In this document: positions 53,735 to 64,000 of the stretch, piece by piece | How the letters are laid out: every line of letters begins with the position of its first letter | Position numbering within the stretch: position 1 is the stretch's first letter | NCBI RefSeq assembly: GCF_963921235.1 | Contig: NC_086097.1 | Span: forward strand, 205,718,001-205,782,000 | DNA from: Mobula hypostoma | Lineage: Eukaryota | Direction: 5' to 3' | DNA: 64,000 nt | Notes under the pieces: model-generated | Seen by the model: only the letters and a program-made list of their open reading frames with translations | Told to the model about the DNA's origin: nothing | Database searches by the model: none | Position numbers and translations under genes: made by a program

Positions 53735-53866
53735 CAAACAACAGGAATTCTGCAGATGCTGGAAATTCAAGCAGCAGACATCAAAGTTGCTGGTGAACGC
53801 AGCAGGCCAGGCAGCATCTCTAGGAAGAGGTACAGTCAACGTTTCAGGCCGAGACCCTTCGTCAGG
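53735..53866 (-). mobile_element. 132-bp Penelope pseudo-LTR-derived insert with a hammerhead-like core and 12-bp TSD
   Basis: ACAAACTGGACT at 53723-53734 and 53867-53878; body matches the terminus of the 56155 element. Confidence 0.85.
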
Positions 53867-53868
53867 AC
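53833..53868 (-). ncRNA. Minimal type-I hammerhead ribozyme-like motif
   Basis: Minus strand GUC-CUGACGA-AGG(GUCUCGG)CCU-GAAAC-GUU-GAC: intact core boxes, 3-bp stem II, loopless palindromic stem III, only a 3-bp stem I. Activity unknown. Confidence 0.55.
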
Positions 53869-53984
53869 AAACTGGACTGCATGCTCTGGAATGGCATTTC
53901 TGTGCAGTATTGAGGAAAAGCTGTATTGCCAAAATTGATACTGGGCACCAAGGTAGAACAGTGTGACGTTATGACAACCCAGGA

Positions 53985-54232
53985 TATTCAAGAGTACACA
54001 GTTCAATTCTGGTGCTGCTCTACCAGGAGTCTCTGCACGTCCTCCCCATGGATTGCGTGGGTTTTCCTTGAGTGCTCCAGTTTCCTCCCATAATCCAAAA
54101 ACGTACCGGGCAGATTAATTGATCATTATAAATTGTCCTGTGATTAGGTTTGAGTTAATTGGGATTGATAGGTTTCTGGGCCAGCATAGCTCAAAGGGCC
54201 GGAAGGACCTACTCCATCTTGATTGCTAAATA
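53985..54232 (+). mobile_element. V-SINE (HE1-like)
   Basis: gcgtgggttttccttgagtgctccagtttcctcccataatccaaaaacgt core. Confidence 0.7.
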
Positions 54233-54299
54233 GAGTAAAAGATGCTTGTCTGCTACCTGTCTTTTCCCTGCACTACTGAAATGATAAGGTTACTTTTGG

Positions 54300-54705
54300 T
54301 GTCTAGCTTCATCATGGGTGCTAGCCTCCCCAGCAAAGAGGACACCGTCAAAAGGAGATCCCTCAAAAAAAGATGGCATCCATCATTAAGGCCCCTATCA
54401 TCCAGGACACGCCCTCTTCACATTGCTACCATCAAGGAGGAGGAGCCGGAAGACACAAATTCAACATTTCAGGAACAGCTTCTCCCCCTCTGCCTTCAGA
54501 TGTCTGAATGGACAATGCATTCATGGACACTACCTCAGTATATTGTCCCCTTTCTTTTTACACTGCTTATTTAATATAACTTTCTTTTTTATATACACTT
54601 AGTGTAATTTATAGTCTTATATTCTGCATTGTAATGTACCGCTGCTGCAAAACAATAAATTTCACGACATATGGCAATGATATGAAAACTGATTCTGAAT
54701 CCGAT
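54300..54705 (+). mobile_element. Rex1/Babar-like 3' fragment
   Basis: Homologous to 5313-5687; ends ctgattctgaatc. Confidence 0.75.
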
Positions 54706-56154
54706 CAACCTTTATCCCTGAAAATAGCAACACTAATCTAATATGGGACATTTACCTAGTTTGCATTCTGTTGATCATGCCTCATCCTGCTGTGCCTGTG
54801 CATATAAATTCATATGTCAAAATAATTAATTGCCTGTTTAGTAAATTCAGAGCTGGTGGAAGTTGCTATTTAAATGCAACTTCCTTTCAGCCAAGTACTT
54901 TGCAATCGAAATAACAATGAAATATATAACTGGGATAATTATATTCCAAGATTGCTCCTAGTTTAGAGGTTTATGTGAAACAGAGTTGCTGGTTTTATTT
55001 TAATTGTCAAGGAAATAATTATACTGTATTTTCTACACAGATGGCTTGGTAATAAAGAGGTGAAATTCTGTCATTTAAAATGAGAATTAGCACATGATTT
55101 GAAGTGTTTATGCTTTCTTCTTGCAAATTATAACGATAAATCAATGCTAAATTGCTTTATTTTGTTGTAGTTGATGAAGTATGCACATTGGTATGTGGAG
55201 ATAGCAGTGGTAGAAAGCAAAGAATGTTTTTTTTCTCTCTCAATTTGTACAACGTGCACGGCCAAATAAAGCCATTTTATACCAGCTGGCTTGTTGAAGT
55301 GACTGGATACAAGATTCCATAAAGTGCCGCAGTTCTGCCTCAGGTCACTCTACCTGATGTTATTTTAAAATGATAACATCATTACCTCACTAAAGTCATC
55401 AGATGAAACTAAAGTTGTCTGAATACTGTAGTGTTAAAAAAAATTACCTATCACATTTGTCACTGCAAAGATTATCACTCCAAACAAACGTTGCTCCAGG
55501 TTTTATTTCATTTCAATTTTATTGCATGTCTGAGTTAAGACCTTAATTGAACCCAAATCTTACATCTGAAGAACCAGCTTCATATTTCCAATGACAGAGC
55601 TGGTGAAAAGCCCTAAAGCAGTAACATTTGTTAGTGAACAGACCGCTTTTATTCGGGTTTCTCCAGATGCAGTGGAAAGATTGGCTTTAATTTCTAATCT
55701 GCTGGCACATTACTAATTGATCCACTAAATGTCGTTCCCAATTTCAGATTGTATTTTAATACAGCACCTCAAACCATTGATTAAACCATGAGTCAGTTTA
55801 TAATAGACTTTGTCCTATTTTGCCTATTTCAAAATACATCATTGGCTGTGGACTAGATAAATAATATCTGCTTCACAGACTGCACAGATAAAATCAATGT
55901 ACTATCTTGAAGGCAGAAACAATAAATCTGCCTCCATTAGCTCCTGTTCTGAAGTAACTCAACACACAAAAAAAATATGCATCAAAGATAGAATCTAGCA
56001 TTTCCCTTTATAGTTCTTGATACCCCATATGATTTATAGCCCATTTTCCATCATACAGTGAAAATTTGCTGCTCATTTAATGGCTAATTTTGCATATTTA
56101 TTATAGTTATTTTTTAAAACTTGGTTCATATTCCTGCCTCAAATCTATAATAAA

Positions 56155-57255
56155 TGCAACTAACCCACATCAAAGTTGCTGGTGAACGCAGCAGGCCAGG
56201 CAGCATCTCTAGGAAGAGGTACAGTCTGCGTTTCAGACGGAGACCCTTCGTCAGGACTAACTGAAGGAAGAGCTAGTAAGAGATTTAAAAGCGGGAGGGG
56301 GAAGGGGGAGATCCGAAATGATAGGAGAAGACAGGAGGGGGAGGGATGGAGCCAAGAGCTGGACAGGTGATAGGCAAAAGGGGTATGAGAGGATCATGGG
56401 ACAGGAGGCCCAGGGAGAAGGAAAAGGGGAAGGGGGGGGACCCAGGGGATGGGCAAGGGGTATAGTCAGAGGGACAGAGGGAGAAAAAGGAGAGTGAGAG
56501 AAAGAATGTGTGTAAATAAATAACAGATGGAGTACGTAGGGGAGGTGGGGCATTAGCGGAAGTTAAAGAAGTCAATGTTCATGCCATCAGGTTGGAGGCT
56601 ACCCAGATGGAATATAAGGTGTTGTTCCTCTAACCCGAGTGTGGCTTCATCTTTACAGTAGAGGAGGCCGTGGATAGACATGTCAGAATGGGAATGGGAT
56701 GTGAAATTAAAATGAGTGGCTACTGGGAGATCCTGCTTTCTCTGGCGGACAGAGCGTAGGTGTTCAGCAAAGCGGTCTCCCAGTCTGCGTTGGGTCTCGC
56801 CAATATATAGAAGTCCACATCAGGAGCACCGAACACAGTATATCACCCCAGCCGACTCACAGGTGAAGTGTCGCCTCGCCTGGAAGGACTGTCTGGGGCC
56901 CTGAATGGTGGTAAGGGAGGAAGTGTAAGGGTATGTGTAGCACTTGTTCCGCTTACAAGGATAAGTGCCAGGAGGGAGATCAGTGGAGAGGGATGGGGGG
57001 GACGAATGGACAAGGGAGTCGCATAGGGAGCAATCCCTGTGGAAACCAGAGAGAGGTGGGGAGGGAAAGATGTGCATCTGCTTAGTGGTGGGATCCCGCT
57101 GGAGGTGTCGGAAGTTACGGAGAATAATATGTTGGACCCGGAGGCTGGTGGGGTGGTAGGTGAGGACCAGGGGAACCCTATTTCCAGTGGGGTGGCGGGA
57201 GGATGGAGTGAGAGCAGATGTCGTGAAATGGAGGAGATGTGTTTGAGAGCAGAGC
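56155..57255 (-). mobile_element. Penelope-like retroelement, 5'-truncated, with GIY-YIG endonuclease region and terminal repeat
   Basis: Minus frame HFTCESAGVIYCVRCS*CGLLYIGETQRRLGDRFAEHLRS (GIY-YIG), a pyrimidine-rich UTR and a terminal repeat containing CTGACGA...GAAAC. Confidence 0.9.
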
Positions 57256-57884
57256 TAAGTGGGTTTCACCTATCTTAAAATGGTTTAAAAGATAGACAGG
57301 TATGCTGACAATGCAGATATTTAGTTTTGACAGAAGAAAAGCAATAAACTGATGGATAGCTAAAATTTAAGAAGAGGAGAACTATACCACTTGATGGAAC
57401 TAAATATTGGTCAGAATACCGTGGCAAGAAGAAAGTTATTGTCTAAAAGAAAAATGTAAAAGCTTATATTAAAAATCAGTGAATATTTAATATGAATTTC
57501 AAACGCAATAGCAATGGTGAACAAACCTCAATTGATTTTCTAAAATTGTAATGGGCTAGAAAGTGTATTAAACAGGCATTGCAACAGGAACCAACAAATG
57601 GTGAGGAGTCTGGTTGTTATCAATTCCAGCACAAAGCTGGAGGTCTCAGAGGCTACTGAAAGGTTGCTGCACACTTTCCTCTTTCCCGGAACTGAGAAGG
57701 TGCTCTGGGTAAAAGGCACGACAGACAGCCAAATGAAATAGGTTGGGTTAGGGATATGCCTGCAGAAAAAAGAACTTCAGGGTTGTACATGGTGACATGT
57801 ATGTACTCTGATAACAAATTTTACTTTAAACTGTGGGTTGCTGATGCAGGTAGGTGGAGGAAATGGAGAATTCCCATCATGCTG

Positions 57885-58560
57885 ATGTAGTATTTTGCAT
57901 CACAGACCCAGATACCTGAGTTCAATGCTGACTCTGTGTTATTTGCTTATTTTCCCTGTGACTGCTTGGGGTTCCACCAGTTGCACCACTTTCCTCCGAC
58001 ATCTGAGCAGCCTATTGTAAATTAGCCCTTGGTATAGGGAGGTGGGATGGAGATCTGTCTCTACCAAAGGAGGTGTAAGGAGCTCCTTCCCTCTGCTAGC
58101 CTGTAGGTCACTTGGGTAAAGTGTAACACCTGCTTAACACCATCCCTCCCTCCAATCAGTGTCATGTAAAACCATGGGAGCAAGTGATGGATGGTCATAT
58201 GAGCAGCTGGTACATATCACAAGTCCTGGCTATGCGACCACTGGCGCCAGGCGAATGATCACTGAAGAGTATTTATAATGGCTGGGGTTACCCACCTTGT
58301 AAAGACACTGCCCAGAAGGCGGCAATGGCAAACCACTTGTTTAGAAAATTTGCCAAGAACAATCAAGGTCATAGACCGTGATCGCCCATGTCATACGACA
58401 CAGCACATAATGGTGATGATGATGTAGAGAAATAGCAAAATAATCAACGGGGAATTGATGGGCATTGAGAGAGAGGTACTTCATGAAAAATAAGGAGTGG
58501 GGTGGGAACTAATGGGATTGCTCAATAGGGAACTGGCATGGGTTTAAGGCCCACAAGGCC
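57885..58560 (+). mobile_element. V-SINE-like element interrupted by an RTE-related SINE-like insert (about 58045-58425)
   Basis: SINE core at 57930-58030; insert with GGCAATGGCAAACCACTT (RTE/BovB-type 3' motif) and a (GAT)n tail. Confidence 0.5.
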
Positions 58561-59019
58561 TTTGTCAATGACAGAATAATTAATCAACAGACTTTGAGGA
58601 TTAGGGAAGAGGTAAGGTGGGGTAGGCTAGAGAAGTGATTCTTGAGGGATATGAGTGTGCAATGGTGAGGCAATTCAGGTGATTCAGCAATGTCTTAGGG
58701 TTAGGGTTGGGAATTCAAGCTGATGAGAAGGTTGCAAATACTAAGAATTTAAACAGTGAGAGGATCTAAGTTCCTCTGCAGTGCTCCAAAAGGAAAATTG
58801 CAGGGGGAGCTGCATAACTTGGACAAAGGTTGCACACATGCACAAACTGTTGTGTTGAATTTCTGGAGCGTTATGAAATGATTAAAAATGATTGTTATAA
58901 TGGGAAAAATTCTAACACTGTAAAATATCACAAATTTGTAAGTGAATTGACGAACAACATGAAATATTGAACATAGATATGATATACTTGGTATCTCAGA
59001 AAGGCAGTGTTCATTAAAT

Positions 59020-59358
59020 AAGGACCTCTAGCACCCAGGGCACGCCCTTTTCTCACTGTTACCATCAGGTAGGAGATACAGAAGCCTGAAGGCACACACT
59101 CAGCGATTCAGGAACAGCTTCTTCCCCTCTACCATCCGATTCCTAAATGGACATTCTACCCTTGAACACTAGCTCAATTTTTTAAAAAAAATATTATTTC
59201 TGTTTTTTGCACGTTTTTAATCTATTCAATATATGTATACTGCAATTTATTTATTTATTTATTTTCTCTTCTGTACTATGTATTGCATTGAACTGCTGCA
59301 GCTAAGTTAATGAATTTCACATCACATGCCGGAGATAATTAACCTGATTCTGAAATCT
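59020..59358 (+). mobile_element. Rex1/Babar-like 3' fragment
   Basis: HALFSLLPSGRRYRSLKAHTQRFRNSFFPSTIRFLN; tail aacctgattctga. Confidence 0.8.
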
Positions 59359-60004
59359 GAAATATATGTAGATTACCAAGAGGCATATATTAAATGGGTG
59401 GGATAGACATATTAAGGAGAATTGAAACAGTTTCGAAGAATACAATGTTAATCTTTCAATTGGGAAGGAAATGGAAAATAAATTTCAACTAACGAAAATG
59501 TGAAGTCTTACATTTTTTAACAGAAAATAGATTATATGTTCAAGAACAAATATGTAATTGGGACAATGAAGTACAATATTAAAAGTGATGGTACTTCAGG
59601 GGACCATAACAATCTAAAAGCATAGGAGAGAATTAAAAATGCAGAAACATGATTTTAATCTCCTACTGAAGGTTCTTAAAATGTTGTAATATTTCAATCA
59701 CTCCATTCAAGCATGGGAATTAAATAGCAAACAAGGTCGGATGACTGATGGCAAAACTGAGATACTCAATCAAAAATAGTGAATTAAAAAAACCTTCACC
59801 AAAAACATTTTATAATACAGCACTTGCTCCTGGAGGAAGTAGTCAAAATGATATTTTTTGGTACGTTTCATGCAAGGCATATGAGGGAATAGGTTTTGGA
59901 GGGTTATACTGATAGAATTGGATGAAAACTAAACCTTTCACAAACTGCAGAGGTATAACTTTTCTGTGTTGTATACTCCAACAGGTTATTTTATTTTATT
60001 TTGC

Positions 60005-60282
60005 TTTATTTAAAGATATAGTGCAGAAGCCTTCGAGCCACACTGCCCAGCAACTCCAGATTTAACCCTAGCCTAATTATGGTACAATTTACAATGACCA
60101 GTTAACCTACTAAACGATATGTCTTTAGACTGTGGGAGAAAACCAGTGGACCCAGAGAAAACCCATGCATTCTTCAGGGAGGTCATATAGACTCTTTACA
60201 TATGATATCGGAATTGAACTCTAAACTCTGACGCCCCGAACTGTAATGGTGTAGTGCTATCCAGTACTCTGTCATGGCACCT
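60005..60282 (-). mobile_element. V-SINE (HE1-like)
   Basis: gtctttagactgtgggagaaaaccag matches the core at 19768-19796. Confidence 0.7.
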
Positions 60283-60606
60283 GATGTTCCATATAGTTCC
60301 GAGGCAAATCATGAGCAGGAAAGGCCACGAGATAGAAACACGCAGAATTCAAGCAAGTAAAAGTTGGCTGAGTGAATGGTGGTCAATAACTCAACAGAGG
60401 AAGATCAGGCAGAAATTATGTACAAGTCAACAACACCTTGACAGTGCATAGAATTTTCACTTTCTTGTAATTATTACATCCAATAGTTTGTGAGATTGTT
60501 AGTCATGATATATACAGGATCACATTAAAAAGATAGGCTTCCATTACATGTTTCTATCTTCCAATTTTGCTTCTGCTCTTTTAATTCAATTAAGCAGCTA
60601 GCACTT

Positions 60607-60795
60607 CACAAAAAATGCTGGTGAACGCAGCAGGTCAGGCAGCATCTATAGGAAGAGGTACAGTCCGAAGGGTCCGGACCCGAAACGTCGATTGTACCTC
60701 TTCCCATAGATGCTGTCTGACCTGCTGCGTTCACTAGTATTTTTTGTGTGTGTTGCTTGAAATTCCAGCATCTGCAGATTGCCTCCTGTCTGCGT
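60607..60795. mobile_element. Fold-back Penelope pseudo-LTR-derived insert
   Basis: 59-bp inverted arms (60607-60665, 60690-60748) around a partial hammerhead core. Confidence 0.8.
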
Positions 60796-61049
60796 TTTTA
60801 AGATAACACATCAATTCTTTTACATTAATATTATCATTTTCACCAAATAGAGTTATTCAATGATTAATAGATTCCTTGAACTTAACAAAAAGCGATCAAA
60901 GATCGCTTTTCAACTCAGTTTCTATTACATCTTCCAAATTACCACCATCATAACAATTATCTTGAAATAAGTATACTAATTAAAAAACTGGTGGAAAATA
61001 AAAAGCTGACATTTCAGCAAAGAATAAAAATATCTGCATCAATACTCAC

Positions 61050-61167
61050 TTATTGTGGAGCCAGACAATTTTAGGTTTGGGGTTTCCCTCAGCTCTGCAA
61101 GTGAAGTAGGCAGTATTTCCTAAGATAACATCTACATCTTGAGGCTCTGAAGTAATGCGGGGTCTTT
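61050..61167 (-). CDS. PXDNL: Peroxidasin-family (PXDN/PXDNL) internal coding exon, first half of Ig-like domain 1
   Basis: Minus strand ttgttgtttccAG|AAAGACCCCGC...CACAATAA|GTgagta. The 118 bp exon encodes (E)[38 protein letters not shown], matching the peroxidasin Ig1 start; phase 1 in, phase 2 out. Not in the ORF track. PXDNL over PXDN is inferred from WLHNNH-type residues. Confidence 0.9.
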
Positions 61168-61889
61168 CTGGAAACAACAAAAAAATTGCATTGCAAACAT
61201 ATTGAACAAGTGTAAATATTCAAATTAAAATTGTTTAATTTCAGCACATTTTATCTTTTGGCATGGAATTAAAAATATATAATGGATAATGGTGCCTCAG
61301 TCTTGATTTATGAACATATTCCTCAACTTTAATAAGCATCCTAATCTTTATTCAGCTATTGGTTTTAAAATTAATTTGATCCAAAACCAAGTTGAGTCAT
61401 TATTTATAGTATAAAAGGTGATTAGAAAATCTGACACAACAGTTTAATGTCTGTGCAGGGGTGCATCAAAGCGTTGCTCAAGTCAGTAGAAGTCAGTTGG
61501 ACTTAGAGTCCAGATCTATGAACTTCCTTCACAAAAAAACTTTCACTAAGCTTGACTGCAGTGAGAAACGTACAAAATTCGGAAAGGTTGATGTCACTCA
61601 TTCTGAATTCTATGAATTTCATCTTCTCGAGATTCTCCCTTGAAATTCCACAGTCTCTACTACATTGTAAGAATAAAACAAACTATAGATGCTGGAAGTC
61701 TGAAAGAAACACTCAGCATCTGTGCAGAGAAACAGTTGAAACTTCAGGTATGGAACCCATTTCACTGTCTTGCCCTTGAAAAGTATTTCAGTTATTTTCT
61801 CTTCCTGGCAGAAAGTGACAATATATGCAATAAATAAAACCTTAACAATGTTGATGAGCAGAGTAATCTAGGGGTCCAACTTCATAACC

Positions 61890-62820
61890 TCATGAAAGCT
61901 ACATAGGTTGACAGAGTGGTTAAGAAGGCAATTATCATGTTTGAAAACAAGAGAAAATCTGCAAATGCTGGAAATCCGAGCAACACACACCAAATGCTGG
62001 AGGAACTCTGCAGGCCAGGCAGCATCTATGGAAAAAAGTACAGTCGATGTTTCGGACTGAAACCCTTTGGCAGGACTCCTACTGTGGGGTCCTGCAGAAG
62101 GGTTTCCGCCTGAAAGGCCAACTGTACTTTTTTCCATAGATGCTGCCTGGCTGCTGAGTCCAGCATCTTGTGTGAATTGTCATGTTTGCCTTTACTAGTC
62201 GAGGCATTGACTTCAAAAGTCAAGAAGTTATGTTGCAGCTTTATAAAGCTCTAGTTAGGCCACATCTGGAGTATTGCTTACATTTCTGGGCACTCCATTA
62301 TTGGAAAAATGCCAAAGCTAAGGAGAGGGTACAGAATGATGCTGCCTGGATTAGAGGGTATGTGTGAAAATGAGAGGTTGGACAAACTTGGGTTGTTTTC
62401 TTTAAAATGGCAGATGCTGAAGGGAGATCTGATAGAAGTTTATAAGATTATGAGAGGCATAGATAAGCAAAAAGCATCTTTTTTTTTTCCCCAGGGCTGA
62501 AATGTCTGATAGCAGAGGGCATGCATTTAAGGTGGGTGGGGATAAATTTAAAGGAAATGTGAGGGACTCGTTTTTTTTTACGTAGAGTGTGATGGGTGCC
62601 TGGTATACGCTGCCTGGGGTGGTGGTTGAGGCAGATACATTAGGTACTTTTAAGAAATGTTCAGATAAGTACATGAATGTGAGGAATGTGAGGGGATATG
62701 GACATCGCCTAGGCAGAAGAGTTCAATTTAGTTAGCCATATGATAACTAATATAACTAGTTCAGCACAACATTGTGGGCCAATGGGCCTGTTCCTCTGCT
62801 GTTCTGTTCTATGTTCTATC
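61890..62820 (+). mobile_element. CR1 3' fragment interrupted at 61944-62174
   Basis: VDRVVKKA...MFAFTSRGIDFKSQEVMLQLYKALVRPHLEYC; (TTCTATG)n tail. Confidence 0.88.
61944..62174. mobile_element. Palindromic double pseudo-LTR insert with 14-bp TSD
   Basis: AATTATCATGTTTG (61930-61943) and AATTGTCATGTTTG (62175-62188) flank two inverted copies of the Penelope terminal sequence. Confidence 0.82.
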
Positions 62821-63294
62821 TTCCATTAATACACTGTCCTGTCACTGTTATTGGCTTAATGTAGAGTTTACATTGAGCTCCTTTTATGTGTCTTGCACTG
62901 GGAAAAAAACTGTGCATTCTCCAGGCAAGAAATGGAAGGGAAATGTGCAAATAGCTGTGATTTCTCCTCGCTATCACAAAATTTTAATAGGTCACTACCA
63001 CTCTAAACCCTCTTTCTGGAAATTGTGAATTCAAATTATTTTAGGATCACATTTTTATTTTAGAATCTGTCTGTCTGCTAACAGTTGCCTTTGCTTATCC
63101 AAACATTGCTCCAAATCCACCTTATCAATGTAAATACACTAAATATTTTTGGTTTCTTGCTCTTGAATAACCTACGACCCATACAAAATACTGGTCTATC
63201 TGAAATAAAATTTTCTTTGAAGTTTTGTGAAATTAATAAGTAGGATGCATTCTACAATGTATGAACTCACTTTCAAGTCCACTACTACTAATAT

Positions 63295-63465
63295 TTTCAG
63301 TATTATTTATTTATTTTTTTGCACATTTTCCCTTTCTTTGGACATTAGTTGTTTGTAGTTTTTCACTGACTCTATTGTATGTGAATACCTACAAGCAAAT
63401 GAATCTCAAGGTAGAACATGATGACACATATGTACTTTGATAATAAATTTACTTTGAACTTTGAC
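63295..63465 (+). mobile_element. LINE 3'-tail fragment (Rex1-like)
   Basis: gaatctcaagg...tgtactttgataataaatttactttgaactttg, shared with 57765-57830. Confidence 0.5.
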
Positions 63466-64000
63466 CTATGAGTTTCTTAATGAGTTTACCAAAGTCCATA
63501 TTACGATGTAATATAACCCATATGGCAGAGAAGGAAGATTAGGTAGACCTCACATCGACTTTAACATCTGAATCATGAAGACTTGGATAGTTCTGTTCAT
63601 ATGTCTCTGCATCTGAAATAGGCTCAGATTCTGAAAGTTAACTGTGTTTTTCTTTCCTTATATGGTATCTGACCTGCTGAGTGTTTCCTGCAGTTTCTAT
63701 TTTTATTTCAGATTTCCAGTATCTGCATTTTTTAAAATTTTCATTTACTGCTCATTTTTACAGCTGGAATTCCAAGGTGCACAGCATGCCCGGGGCTAAA
63801 TACAACCACAGCCATATTTTTTTTCTCCTCCAATTACATTTAGGCATGCCAAATTCCTGCCTGAATTTTGGGGCAAGCCTGCCAGTCTTCTTTAATAGGA
63901 AAGGGCTATTTTTGGACTTGATCTGTACTTTCAAAAAACTTTCAGAATTCAGAAAGATTTCAAGTTTAGATATTGTACCTGGTAACACATCCCAAAAATA

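Overview
Eukaryotic, repeat-rich intronic DNA, most likely from a cartilaginous fish (ray/shark), inferred from the mix of CR1 LINEs, HE1-like V-SINEs and Penelope-like repeats. The only host gene I can support is a peroxidasin-family gene on the minus strand, more PXDNL-like than PXDN-like. Three coding exons (61050-61167, 37919-38088, 30316-30588) have GT-AG boundaries, splice in frame and encode two Ig I-set domains. The introns are about 23 kb, 7.3 kb and apparently over 30 kb. Almost all other ORFs in the track are transposon remnants or spurious. The remnants include many CR1 copies (one young copy with an unbroken RT ORF nested in another CR1), Rex1/Babar fragments, a deleted Gypsy element, a solo LTR, a full-length dead Tc1 and a fold-back Tc1 derivative, hAT/Charlie elements and MITEs, V-SINEs and Penelope-like elements. 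The most unusual signal is a set of tiny Penelope pseudo-LTR-derived inserts carrying minimal hammerhead-ribozyme cores; some are near-palindromic and some have 12-14 bp TSDs. No prokaryote-type system (CRISPR, operon) is present. Repeat family names come from motif recognition, not database searches.
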